Assembly (NCBI RefSeq): GCF_006345805.1
Contig: NC_043003.1
Span: forward strand, 91,822,001-91,886,000
From: Octopus sinensis
Lineage: Eukaryota
DNA: 64,000 bases
Direction of reading: 5' to 3'
Positions 40,239-52,776 of the stretch are shown here, one piece after another. The number at the start of each line of letters is the position of its first letter. Positions within the stretch are counted from its first letter, which is position 1. The position numbers and the translations under genes are program-made. The notes under the pieces were generated by a model, which searched no databases, was not told the origin of the DNA, and worked only from the letters and a program-made list of their open reading frames with translations.

Positions 40239-40644
40239 GCAGGAGTGGCTGTGTGGTAAGTAGCTTGCTAACCAACCACATGGTTCTGGGTTCAGTCCCA
40301 CTGCGTGGCATCTTGGGCAAGTGTCTTCTGCTATAGCCCCGGGCCGACCAATGCCTTGTGAGTGGATTTGGTAGACGGAAACTGAAAGAAGCCTGTCGTA
40401 TATATGTATATATATATATGTATATGTGTTTGTTTATGTGTCTGTGTTTGTCACCCTAACATTGCTTGACAACCGATGCTGGTGTGTTTATGTCCCCGTT
40501 ACTTAGCGGTTCGGCAAAAGAGACCGATAGAATAAGTACTGGGCTTACAAAAAGAATAAGTCCCAGGGTCGAGTTGCTCGATTAAAGGTGGTGCTCCAGC
40601 ATAGCCGCAGTCAAATGACTGAAACAAGTAAAAGAGTAAGAGTA
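40239..40644 (+). mobile_element. tRNA-derived SINE family A, young copy
   Basis: A box tggctgtgtgg, B box ggttcagtccc, conserved body cttgggcaagtgtcttct...gtagacggaaactgaaagaagcc, internal TA/TG tract, tail ending gactgaaacaagtaaaagagta. Highly similar to 28418-28817. Confidence 0.85.
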
Positions 40645-42531
40645 TATAGTTTATATATCTACCATTTCTTTGTGTTGGATAATGTACAGTTGGCATATGC
40701 TGGCAGGGTGGTGATGCAAGGAAAATTATTCCCCAGTTATTGGGGTTTTTACGTCCCTTCTTATATTTCAAGTCAGCCATTTTAGTTCAAAGAACTAAAC
40801 TTCACTTAAGATTGCAGCAGAACATTTTTGGTTACAAGAAATTTGATATGTTTCTTTTTTAAACTTATAATTTGATAAACTAGATTTGATTTCATTAGCA
40901 CAAGCTCCTGGAAATTAATGTAAAGTTAATTAAATTATATAATTCTGTCAAATCAAGTTCTTCAAAGAAACTTTATTAATCACTTAAATATGCTTTATAG
41001 ACCAGTTTTTATTTATAATGTGTTGGAGTCATAAGGGTGTATACCTCTTACAAACTTTGTCTCTATGTTGTAATTCAACTGGGTAGAATCCGTTCATCTT
41101 CAAGACACTGTTTAGCTAACATTTGAAGAAAATACCAATGTGATATTAATGTATATACAAGTGTGAAACGATGTATTATAATCTCATGCTGTTTCAAGTG
41201 CACATGCTAATTTAATTCAAATCTAACCTTGGTTAGCTTTTGCACAATTGAGTAAACCTGTACTCAAAGACATTCCAGCTGTGACATTCTGTCTTTTGCA
41301 TATTTAGGATTATATTCCATGGGACAATGACCCTTGTTCTTTTATAAGTCAGTAGGATGTGATTTGAGGAAGATTTGGCTGCTATTGTTTGCAGTTCGAG
41401 TAACTATAAATGGCTTTTTATGTATACACACACACCTTGCTCATGTGCAAAACATCTATATGCAGTTCTCTATTAGCTGGCTCTGATCCTAATTCCCATT
41501 AGATGCTGCATATCATCAGCCAATCAAGATAGATGATTCAAAACCAATGATTAGTGTCTTTGATCTGGACAAAGACTACAGAAACTCATTGCTATGATAT
41601 CTATTGTTCTGTGACTTTGTTAAATAGTATTACCAAGTTCATATTTTATTTCTGCTCGGTTGTGAAAGAAATTGCACACAATATTTACAGAAAGTAACAT
41701 GTGATTTATAGATCAAAGGCCTCAATCTAAAATATTACAAGTGTAATAATAAAATATTACAAGTGTAAATTTACAGCTGCTGTGACTTATATGTACAAGT
41801 ATATATAATATCATGATGTTTGACACCAGAAAGATGTAAAAGTGACATGTGTGGATGGTTAAGAACATATGTTAATGCCTTTAAGTGTAGATTTATACAA
41901 TCTGTAACTTATGAGGAAATTATTTATTGTAAATTTAATTTGTTTGCTTTTTATTATTTTTTTACTTTTATCAAGCAGTGAGCTGGCAGAATCATTAGAG
42001 CATCAAAAAAAAAAAAGCTCTGTGGCATATTTTTTGGCATTTTACAGTCTGAGTTGGCCTTGGTGAAATTTAAACTCAGAATGTAGAGAACCCAAAGAAA
42101 TGCCAAAAAGAATTTTTCCTGATGCTTTGATGATTCTGCCAGTTTTTTGCTTTATAAAAGTAAAAAATAATTAAAAAACAAACAAATTAAATTTACATCA
42201 AATAATTTATATCCTTTGGGGGTTGATAGAACAATGTATCAATCAGTAGAAAGGCTGATGGTGCTGCCTAAAAGCCTTCCTTCAAAATTGCTGAGCCTCT
42301 GCCTGAATGAGAAACCATTATTTAAAACTAGTTTGTTGAGTACTTTCTTATGACTGAGTAACCAGTTTTTTAGTCTGCATGTTCTTTCTTTGACAAAATC
42401 TATCAGTTCTAGCTGTCATCCTCTCCATTTGAGATCATATTGGTTATTTAAATATTACCAAATTTGTTTAATGACTTCTCTCTTGAGTCCAAAGTTCTTG
42501 AGATAGCTATCTTAGTTAATTTACACACACA

Positions 42532-42563
<32 letters not shown>

Positions 42564-43327
42564 TGAATTGGTATGGTTGTTAGTGTCAGTATTTGTTCTG
42601 ACTTACTGTGCTCTGAGTTCAAATCCTGCCATGGTCAGCTTTATTTTTCATCCTTTTAGAGTCAATAAAAATGTACCAGTCCAAAGTGCTGGATTGGTAG
42701 AACTGTAGGAATGTCAGAATGGTATTTGTTCTGAGTTCATATTTCCTCATGACTTACTTGGGGGTAGATTTAACCTGTTGCTCCATTTAATACCACCACC
42801 TGGTTCCTTGAATGCTTTAGTAGAGTCCATTCTTTTCAAACATTCAAGCCAGGTTGCTGGTTTGAAGGTATCTTCCTTCCTCCCTCCCACCAGTCTTGGG
42901 GTTCTATAATGGGTCATGATTACTGCCCTCTCTCGTGGCTTAAAGAATAAAAAAAAAAAAACATGTATACACATGAGTGTGCACATGCACACACATACAT
43001 AAAAATAAGTAGGTGCATTTTAAGTACTTATTTTTCTCTACAACACTACATAATATAAAACACACACATACAGCATGCACGTGCGTGCACACACACACAC
43101 AGAGAAGTGGGGAGCCTTTTTTTAAAGTACATGTAATTTCTCATCTGTTTGCCATCCACTGAAACTCTTCTTGTCACCAGCTGGCAGCCCCGCTTGTCTT
43201 ACTAGCTACCACCTCTTTTCTACATTTCCAAACTACCATCTAATATGCCGCCAAAGAGAGGTTTATGTGGTCATTCAAACTGCTAGAAATATCAGCTAAT
43301 TTTTTTTTAAATCACACCCAACCAGCC

Positions 43328-43552
43328 TTAATCCTTTAATATTTAAACTGGCTATATCCAACCAAAATATTCTACCCATTTTGTGTTGAGACTGACTAGA
43401 TTTGGCCTCTCACACCTACCCTATAATATCGCTCTAAAATAGATAATCTCATCATCAAAGTGTCGAAGCTATGAGATAAGGCATAATTAATAGAAAACAA
43501 TTCAAATAAATAGGTATTGCATTTGACAATAATCTGAATGCTAAAGGATTAA
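43328..43552. mobile_element. piggyBac-like MITE (TTAA-flanked)
   Basis: TTAA-tcctttaatattta ... tgaatgctaaagga-TTAA terminal inverted repeats; homologous to 46336-46562. Confidence 0.65.
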
Positions 43553-43766
43553 GAAAAAGATGGATTAGTTAATATAGACCTATACTCATTACCAAAAAAA
43601 AAAAAAAAAAACTACAAAAACACAAAAAAAGCAAATGGTTGAGATGGTTGCAGTTAGAATGTCTGACTATTATAGGTCTGCTTGTTAAGGGATGACATAC
43701 AGCTAAACAGCAACATGATACAATGTATATCTCAAATAAACAGTTTGTTTCTTGATACATATTTCT

Positions 43767-44467
43767 TTATCCCCTTTGATACCAACTCACCTGAGATGGC
43801 CTCTGGTACTATGATACAAACTTTGCTTTAAAGCCATCTTAATTAAAGCTTTCAATCAAAATTTCATGTTATGTTCTGAAGCCCAGCTTAATAATAACAA
43901 AAGTTATTTTACTAAATTCTTGATTACTTTAATAAATAATTGAAACAAAGGCAATGTATCTCAACAGAAATATGGCATTGTTATTTCAACAAGAAATAGC
44001 AATATATAGCAAGCAGTGACCAAGAAAACTTTTCAAGTTTCATATCTCTTCATACTTTTCCAGCATTTATTTGAATAATTAGACCCCTGTTCTTTTTAAT
44101 GAATGTTCCATTCTGTTTATTCTCTAGTTTGTTTTTTAATTGAATTAATGTCTGTCATGAACCTCAAAAATCAGCTCCATACTAAAATTGTTTTAACATT
44201 TTTGATAAGAATTCAGCTTTTATTATATAAAAAAAAACCCTCTTGTTTTAACTCCTCTGTTACCATATTTCATTTAAACTACACTGACTTTGTTTCAATT
44301 AATTTGAAAACAATGAAGAACTTAATAATTTTGTCATTATTAAACTGGTTTCTCAAGCATAAATTAACATAAAATTCTGTTGAACGTTTTTGAGATCACT
44401 TTAAAACATGGAGTTTGTATCACAGAATCAAGAGTAATCTTAAGTTGGTTGGTATTAAAAGGGTTAA
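43767..44467. mobile_element. ~700-bp piggyBac-like non-autonomous element with long terminal inverted repeats
   Basis: ttat-cccctttgataccaac... versus ...gttggtattaaaaggg-TTAA; inverted similarity extends about 200 bp. Half copies near 1500-1680, 32600-32740, 50870-51070 and 63440-63607. Confidence 0.6.
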
Positions 44468-46335
44468 AGTAATCGCATTTAAATTAAATAAAATTTTCCT
44501 TCATAATTTTAGGTATGAACTATTTGTTCCAAACATGAGCTTAATAGTGAAAACTTATTTTATTAAATACCTCCAAATTCTTGACTATTTGCTAACTTGA
44601 ATGAATCAAGCAACCAGTGTTTTCTTTTTATGAGATATATGGCCTCAAAAGGGTTGATAATTTAAAGATTGATATATTTTTATGTTTGTTTTTGCTGGTT
44701 GTCCCTGGTTAACTCTCCTTGAGGAGATCTTATACTATGGTAATGCAGTTACCAACTGATTGGTACTTTTTAGTACTGGAATCATTTCTTATATAATAGT
44801 GATCATATCTTCCTGATAATATTGTCTTGAACTCTTAACTTCTTGTAAGATACAATACCATGCAGGACTACATTGATTAAAAATTTTACCAACCTTATTT
44901 ACATTCATTTTGAAGGAAGCAAGTATCTCTCTAATGTAAGGAAGAAAACTCTGATCTCTTCCCCTAGCTTTCATTTCTGTAACAATGTTTTAGTCTCTAT
45001 TTCAATGTTTAAAAAATACTTTTGATATAGGAGATTTGGTAACCTTGTTAGCCCATAAAGTGCTGGGATTTGCACTTACATAGCATGGATTGCTGAGTGC
45101 ATTTTATGAAAATGAGACTACCATGCGCACATAAAAAAACAAAATATAGTTAAAATATCTTCTTAGTATACAATGGTGGCAAGTTTTACATCGTCTGAAA
45201 AATTATTTGTTGAACTATTAGTTCTCTTGCATTCCGGGGGGTATTGGAGCATTTGAGTGACATTAGACCTCAACAATCACCCATAAATTAAATGCATCTA
45301 TCTGGGACATGATTGTGGCCCATCGTGCTTTATGTGTTAAGCAGAACATGTGACTAGATAGATGAACCTCCTTTGTCAGCTCAACTATATGCCAAAGATA
45401 GTCTTTTATTGTTTAGACAACCATTTTAAGGTTAACCAAAGAGAAGAAATTATATTTATATCCTTACTAATGACATAGTGTTTTATTTAATTAAACTGAA
45501 GGGTAAGGAAAACTAGATGTGGTGGGCATGGATAGGTTGGCATGGCTATATAGTTAAGAAGTTTGTAGCTATGTTTTGTGGTACCTTGACCACACATTTG
45601 GATCAAATTCAGAACCACATAGCTCTCTACAATGGCTGAAGTTGACCAGTACATTGCGGAAATTGGGTAGACAAAAATCGTATGGACTTATATGTGTGTG
45701 TATCTCTTATATATTAGTAAATGATATAAACACACTCCTCAAAAAAACAACTGAACAGTGTACTTTACAGGCAGAATCCTTTGTTATATTTATTCTGCAG
45801 CAAGTTACAGACATGTTCCTATCTCCTTTTGCCTTTTACAATAATTTTTTCCATTGCTTTCAGTGTTTGCTCTGAGGTTATTTATACATGCTATTACACA
45901 ACTGGTTTGTTACTCAATCTGAAACAACACAATTCTAAATGATACAGTTATATATCTCTGATAAGAAATCTCTTGCACACTGGTGACTGTGATATTGCTG
46001 TATGCTATGAAAAAGATCTTCAGATTCTTGTAGATATTTCATTGGCATGTGACATGTTAAGCGTAATGATAAATCTTGATAAAAACTGTTCTTTATCAGC
46101 CTTGTCTTGGAAAACCTTCTGTGATTCCTAAAACATCAGTATATGGTAAAACTTTAAAAAAATGTGCTTTCCTTCTTTCATATATGCTGGCAGCATATTG
46201 AATAGGGTTGTAAATCCTATTGAATAGGGATGACAAAATTGCAAATAAAATCCAGAAATTAATGATATCTTTTGGAAAATAACAATCATCATTATGGTCC
46301 TAGCATATTCAAAATGTCACTTAAGAATCTAATTC

Positions 46336-46562
46336 TTAATCCTTTAGCATTTAAACCATCCATTTCCAGCCCAGATAGCTATCTGTTTTAAGTTCATATT
46401 TGTCAGATCCAGCTTTTCATTTCTACTCTGTAACATCATTCTAAAAATAAACAATTACATCATAAAAATCCTTTATCTATAAAACAATGATTGATTAATT
46501 CAAAACAATGTGAATAAATAGACATTTCATTTGACAGTGTATTCTGAATGCTAAAGAGTTAA
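46336..46562. mobile_element. piggyBac-like MITE (TTAA-flanked)
   Basis: TTAA-tcctttagcattta ... tgaatgctaaagag-TTAA. Confidence 0.65.
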
Positions 46563-47292
46563 ACCTACATTTTATCTGTATTGTTGTTTGGCTGTAAAAT
46601 TGGACATATGTTTGTACACAATACCAAATATCATGATTCCACATTGCATTTACTTGAGAGCAGACATTTCTGTAATAGTTGTGGGAAAAGCTGCTGGGCT
46701 AAAAAGTTATCTTCACTTTGTGACTAATTAGTAAGCAATGGATATGTTAATATATGCATGTACATATGTATGTGTACATGCATTTGTCAAACCACCAGAG
46801 GAAGAGCCTTGCAAAAGAAATTACAAGATGGTAATATGCTTTTCAGCAGAGATATCCAATCAATAGTGAGAAATGAAGAACGGGCATTAAATTAACGATG
46901 ATGATTGATTGTGTGTGCATTTAGAATTATTATAAATTCATTGCTTGAGATGTATTGATCTGATCAAAGCTAAAGATGGAATTTATGCAAATGTACAAAA
47001 ACTGAAGTTAGCTTGACAATTTGTTACAACAGCAATTATTACCACATGTTGTATAATAATGTTAACAAATTAAAATGGCTTTTACTCACACGTATATAGA
47101 CAACTGTGTGTGCATGTATGTGTGTTCTATGATTTCCTTATCTTATTAAGAGTGGGAAAGAATTATCCTAAGTTGAATTTAGCCAAACATACCATCAAAG
47201 GTATTTTTTTGTGCGAGTGTTGATGTTGATTACACGTATATCACATATTATGTAATTTTATCAAACCATTACTCTTCAGACATATGCACATG

Positions 47293-47374
<82 letters not shown>
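47293..47374. repeat. (CT)n microsatellite
   Basis: Direct inspection. Confidence 0.95.
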
Positions 47375-47381
<7 letters not shown>

Positions 47382-48407
47382 TTGTGTATACAAACACAGA
47401 ATTGGTAAATTCTTCTTGGTAAATTTTCTCTTTAACTTTTATGTTCTGTTGACTTCTAACCCCAACCTTTTGTTTCATGTATTTTATATACTGGTGCTTA
47501 TGACTATTTAGCATTCAGTTGCCAGCCACATATCTTTGTCTCTATCTATCCTTGTCTCTCTTTCTCTCTCTGTTAGGTGACATTTGTATCGTCTTACTAC
47601 TTGGGACTGCTCAGCTTTCAAGGATGACAACCCAACCCATTTCATCTATTAAGTCTCTCTAGCTTTGTAGCTTGAGTTGACTTTGTAGCAGTCGTATAAT
47701 CTAGCAATTTAATCTGTAATTGTCCTTCGTTCAGAAAACAATGTTATTTAACCAACTCCCCATCTCTCAATTCTGTTTTGTTTAACTGTGGTGCAGACAA
47801 GTTGGTGTCATTAAGTTCTTCAGTTATATAATATTGAAATAATAAATATATGTGTATATATAAACCATCATCATCATCTTCCTTCTCTTAATTTTAACAT
47901 CTACTTTTCATGTTCACATGAATCAGACAGAATTAATTGCTGTAGATTTTATATAACTGGATGCCCTTCCTGCTGACAACTCAAATCTGTTTCCAGGCAC
48001 ATTAATATTTCCTCTTGGACAAATAGGAAACACAGGGCACTGCTTGTATGATGATGATGCTTGTTTACAACTGTCATTTGATGTTAAGAAGATGAGGATT
48101 CAGTTGAATATGTATGTGGCTGAGTATTCTACAGACATGTCTACTCTTAGGTACACAGGTCTGTTGAACTAATACTCAACCAAGATGTTTCACAGTGCAT
48201 GACAAGGTTACCTTTGAAGTACAATCCATTTGACTGGCCTCTATACAGTTTCTGTTTACACAATTTTACTCACAACACTTGGGTTGATTTGCAGCTAGGG
48301 TAGGGTATGGTAGGGGAGAAGATATATACCCATGATGTTATATAGTGGTATAGAACCTTGACCTCAGAATTATGGAGTGGATTTCATAACCATTTGACTA
48401 TACTATA

Positions 48408-48765
48408 TCATCATCATCCTCATCATTTAGCATCCGCTTTCCATGCTAGCATGGGTTGGACGGTTCAACTGGGTCTGGGAAGCCAGAAGGCTGCACCAGG
48501 CCCAGTCTGATCTGGCAATGTTTCTACGGCTGGATGCCCTTCCTAACGCCAACCACTCCGTGAGTGTAGTGGGTGCTTTTTACGTGCCACTGGCACAGGT
48601 GCCAGACGGGGCTGGCAACGGCCACGATCGGATGGTGCTTTTTACGTGCCACTGGCACGGGGGCCAGTCAGGGCGGCGCTGGCAACGGCCACGGTCGGAT
48701 GGTGCTTTTTATGTGCCACCGGCATGGGGGCCAAGCGAGTCTGGCAATGGCCACGATCAGATGAT
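48408..48765 (-). mobile_element. RTE-tail element with three internal ~60-66 bp tandem repeats
   Basis: (CAT)n end, RTE tail with retained CpGs, and three copies of ggtgctttttacgtgccactggcac...ggcaacggccacgatcggat. Confidence 0.75.
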
Positions 48766-48861
48766 ATATATATATGTTCTTTTTTATTAATATTTAGCAG
48801 AAGCAACAAAGTAACTCAAGGGTTGAAGGTTTTGTGTGTTAGCAATTATCAAGCTTTGATA

Positions 48862-48907
48862 AGTTTGATAAGTGCTAATGCTTGAAACTCTTGGCCCTTG
48901 AGTCACT
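48862..48907 (+). ncRNA. Type I hammerhead candidate, U3-A8 core, weakened stems I and II
   Basis: AGU|UUGAUAA|GUGC-UAAU-GCUU|GAA|ACUC-9nt-GAGU|C|ACU; homologous to 14784-14827. Confidence 0.55.
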
Positions 48908-48979
48908 CTGGCACTTGTGCTATTTATATATATATATAATATGAAAGAAGGTTTCAAAATGCAATTTTAAAGATATTTA

Positions 48980-49027
48980 TTCACTTGACCGGTTTCACTT
49001 TTTTAGAAAAAGATTGTCAAAAGTAAA
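48980..49027 (-). ncRNA. Minimal type I hammerhead ribozyme candidate, U3-A8 core variant
   Basis: UUUACUU|UUGACAA|UCUUUUU-CUA-AAAAAGU|GAA|ACCGGU|C|AAGUGAA: palindromic stem III, GUC triplet; closing pair 10.1-11.1 is a U-U mismatch. Confidence 0.65.
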
Positions 49028-51370
49028 ATGTAAAGCTTTGTATGAGCTTTGTTGTGTTAAGTACTGGTTGTCACAAAAGTATTAAAATATATATATATAC
49101 ATTCTTTGATAATAATAAGAAAATGTTAAAAACAGTTTACAAGAAATTATATATATATATGTATGTGTGTGTGTATACATACATATATACACATATTGTA
49201 TACACTCTCATATATATGTGTATGTGTATATGCACAGACAAAAATATAATTCATAGATATACGTATTTGTATACATATCTTGTATTAGACATATCTTCTA
49301 CTTTAGTCTGAGGTTGTTGTAGAAACTTTTGCCTGAGGTGTCATTCAGTGGGACTGAATCCAGAACCATGTGATTCTGAATCAAACTTAGCCATACACCC
49401 ATCATATTAACTGATACTCAGATGTTGAGCCTGTTCATAAAATTATTGTGCAAATGGCTGAGTACTCCACAGATAAATTTAATGTGACACAGGATGTGAC
49501 AACCTGGCTCTTTGAATTACAGGTTCTACTCAGTTTTCCCAGTTGACTGGATTAGAGCAATGTGAAAGAACTCATGACCTTATGATCTCGAGCCAGGTAC
49601 CCTCACCATTCAGCCACGCATCTTCACTCACACCTATCATATATATTCACACATCACGCGCATCTCTCTCTCTCTCTTTAGTCTTCTTATTTGTTTGGTT
49701 AGCTTGCTTTCTCTCTCTCTCTCTCTCATACATATACATACATAGACATGTGTTGTCTCTCCCCCACTTCAGTCTTTCTGCTTGTTTTGGTTAGCTTGTT
49801 CTTTCAATCTATCTCTCTTTCATATATACACTCACTTCTGTTGAACATTTCTTTCTTGTGTATATTCTATAGTTCAATTCTTATTTGTCTGCTGTATCTG
49901 TGTTGTGTATATTATAGAATACCCATTTTGCTTTATACTCAAATCGTGTCTTGTGGGCATTTTTGTATTTATTATTAGCAGACTCAACAGTTCAAATTAC
50001 TATATATCCCATATCACGCTTACATTTCACATACTTTTGCATTTGTTTATTTTGATTTTATATATTTTTTTTCATTTTCTCATATAATTTCCACATTCCC
50101 TAATTTAAAGTATATGAATTTTTATTTCGTTTTCTCTTTTTTTCTTTTTGCCATAGTAAAATTTATTTTTGCTATCTACAAATATACATTTTCTTGTTTG
50201 CTGATGTGTATTTATAACAACCTTCCATGCTTGAAGGAACACAGCAGCATTTTCTCAATCTTTCTTGAAATATATCTTCACCACTGGGACTATATTTACC
50301 AGACTGGGCATATTAGAAAATTACAAAATTTGGATGCATTTTTGCTGTTAGTCCCCCCCTCTCTCTCTCTTTCTCTCACAAACACACACTGTTAGGATCA
50401 TCAATGTCAAGATTTTTAATATAAAATATATTTAAATGTTGCTTTACTTATGGAATAAGCTCTTATTACACACATATACACACACTTGTGTGTGTGCGTG
50501 CGTGTGTTCCATAAACCTTAAAAAGATTTTTTATATGAAACATTCAAATGTTTCTTTATCTAATCATACACATATCATTTCATAGTACCATTTAAGTTAT
50601 TGGGATTAAATATCCTAAAATCAACAATGATATAACTTGAAACAGAATAGATAGGCTGGAACTGATCAAAAACCACTATAAAAATAATTTGTAATAAGCT
50701 TACAACCAACAATTTAATAAAGTGGAATTCTTTTATTAAAATCTGTTGTTCTCAGGTTATACAATAAATGTATTTGATTTTGCTTCAGTTTGCCTTATAT
50801 TGTTATCTCTAACAGTGAAAGTGCACCATATTGTAACAAAGATTGCATGTCTTGTTTTAACTGTTTTTGTTGCCATATATCTTTATTTCAATGAATTTTG
50901 AAAATAATGAGAAATTTAGTAAAATAATTTTGTCATTATCAAGATGGAGTTTTGGAACATAAATTTACATGAAGTTTTGATGGGAGGTTTTTAATTAGAT
51001 CACTTTGAAATAGGAAATTTATATCATAGAACCAGAGGTAGTCTCAGGTGGGATTGGTATTAAAAATGTTAAAGAAGCTTCCCAAGATAAATAAGAATTA
51101 TACAGCTGTTAAATGTTTATAAAAGCAAAAGAAGCACTTCTGTTCTGTAGTTCACTAATTATAAACTAAATATATGTCGGTAGTTTTACTGTGCTATTTT
51201 GTGGGTTGGGGGTTCTTCAGAATACCAATAGAATATGGGGCTTGGTGATTAACCTGGTTTATTAATGGTACGAAAGTTCTGAATGCATATTCAGTAAATT
51301 AATACAAGTCTTTTGAAAGAAATTTGAGAAACAAGATTTTCTTGGAGAAAAATATTTGAAAGGCATCTGT

Positions 51371-51406
<36 letters not shown>

Positions 51407-51473
51407 GCAAAATTAAGGAACGACCGCTGGTGGCAAATAATTTCTGCTGAATTTTTTGCTACCCTATATTGAT

Positions 51474-51574
<101 letters not shown>

Positions 51575-51610
51575 TATATATACTTTATTTAAAAGCAGCA
51601 GAAATATAAC

Positions 51611-51657
51611 AAAAGCTGTTACTCAGAGTTTCACATTCCCGTTCGTCGGACAGTTTT
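51611..51657 (-). ncRNA. Minimal type I hammerhead candidate, C4 core variant
   Basis: AAAACUGU|CCGACGA|ACG-GGAA-UGU|GAA|ACUCUGAGU|A|ACAGCUUUU: near-palindromic stem III, GUA triplet. Confidence 0.6.
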
Positions 51658-51670
51658 TGTCTATTTTAAC

Positions 51671-51717
51671 AAAACTGTCCGACGAACAGGAACATGGAAC
51701 TCTGAGTAACAGCTTTT
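51671..51717 (+). ncRNA. Degenerate hammerhead copy (A13G, broken stem II)
   Basis: AAAACUGU|CCGACGA|ACA-GGAA-CAU|GGA|ACUCUGAGU|A|ACAGCUUUU; inverted duplicate of 51611-51657. Confidence 0.5.
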
Positions 51718-52181
51718 GTTATATTTCTGCTGCTTTTATATAAAGCATATTACTCTACCTCTGGTATTTGAGTACTCTTTTTTCCACTTTGTTTCACATT
51801 TATGTGCTTACTCTGCTATATATATATATATATGTATATATATACACACACACATACACATATATGTATGCTTGTGTACACACACACATTAGTGTTTTTT
51901 ATGCTTATTTATGAAAACAATTTAAAATTAAACTGAAGGTATACTCAATACTTTTACATTGACAGAGTTTTCTAAGTTTGTATGTATGTATGTGTATGTG
52001 TTAGTAGCATTTTGAACTGAAGAACTTAATGGAAATATGATGTTTTTATATCCATGACAAGCTTTAGAACATCTGTCTCGGGCCTGATGCAATGACTTTT
52101 TTTGTGTATATTAAAGAATGTTTTCTCAATGTTCTTTTCTTGTCTTTGCTTATTTAATAAACATTTTTCTTATTTTTTCAG

Positions 52182-52289
52182 GTTTCCAAACTTGTGATTC
52201 TACATGAAGAAGCTGAAGATGGAAACGCCATGCCTGATTTGGCTCGGCCAGTACAAGCTGTCAAAATGGCCGTCGACAATTTGGTTAAG
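52182..52289 (+). CDS. VCL: Vinculin internal coding exon (36 codons, phase 0-0; N-terminal D1 head domain)
   Basis: Acceptor tattttttcag|GTT and donor AAG|gtaatt. Translation [36 protein letters not shown] matches from memory the vinculin N-terminus after MPVFHTKTIESILEPVAQQ (Drosophila [20 protein letters not shown]; human [21 protein letters not shown]...VSNLVR). Absent from the ORF track because it is an internal exon. Confidence 0.95.
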
Positions 52290-52407
52290 GTAATTTCAAA
52301 TTTTTATGTCTAGCTAGCTAATATATAGTGATAAAATGGTGTAATAATACTATTTGTGTCTAGAACAAAATGGTTGGCAGGTTTTGGTTTTGGTTTTCAA
52401 TTTCCAG

Positions 52408-52422
52408 CTCAAAGTGTTTAAG
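52408..52422 (+). other. Candidate 15-nt in-frame microexon of vinculin (LKVFK)
   Basis: ttttggttttggttttcaatttccag|CTCAAAGTGTTTAAG|gtaatttc: T-rich tract, CAG acceptor and a donor identical to the real exon donor; 118-nt upstream intron. No transcript evidence. Confidence 0.3.
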
Positions 52423-52776
52423 GTAATTTCAAATTTTTATGTCTAGGTGCTTTATTATGTGCTTATACACTAATATACAACATGTCAAGCTAAGTAAAAT
52501 TGTGGTCATCCATACATACAGATCATCATCATCATCGTCGTTTAACGTCTATTTTCCATGCTGGCATGGATTGGGCAGTTCGACTAGGGTCTGGGAAGCC
52601 AGGAGGCTGCACCAGGCCCCAATCTGATCTGGCAGTGTTTCTACAGCTTGATGCCCTTCCTAACACCAACCACTCCGTGAATGTAGTGGATGCTTTTTAC
52701 ATGCCACCAGCACAGGGGCCAGAGGAGATGGCAATGACTATGATTGGATGGTGCTTTTTATGTGCCACCGGCACAG

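Larger units (their letters stand above)
51583..51745. repeat. 75-bp inverted repeat with 13-nt loop, containing a hammerhead-like motif in each arm
   Basis: Arms 51583-51657 and 51671-51745 pair with 5 mismatches; (TA)n arrays lie on both sides. Confidence 0.92.

Noticed and set aside
40239-40310. tRNA-like sequence
   Set aside because: SINE head with A and B boxes; no complete cloverleaf, so not a tRNA gene.
40606-40640. SINE tail AGUC-AAAU-GACU-GAA-ACAAGU-A-AAAG resembling the 3' half of a hammerhead
   Set aside because: No CUGANGA-like core upstream; the resemblance may be chance.
48575-48760. Regularly spaced repeats that could suggest a CRISPR array
   Set aside because: Contiguous tandem units without unique spacers, inside a eukaryotic retroelement tail.
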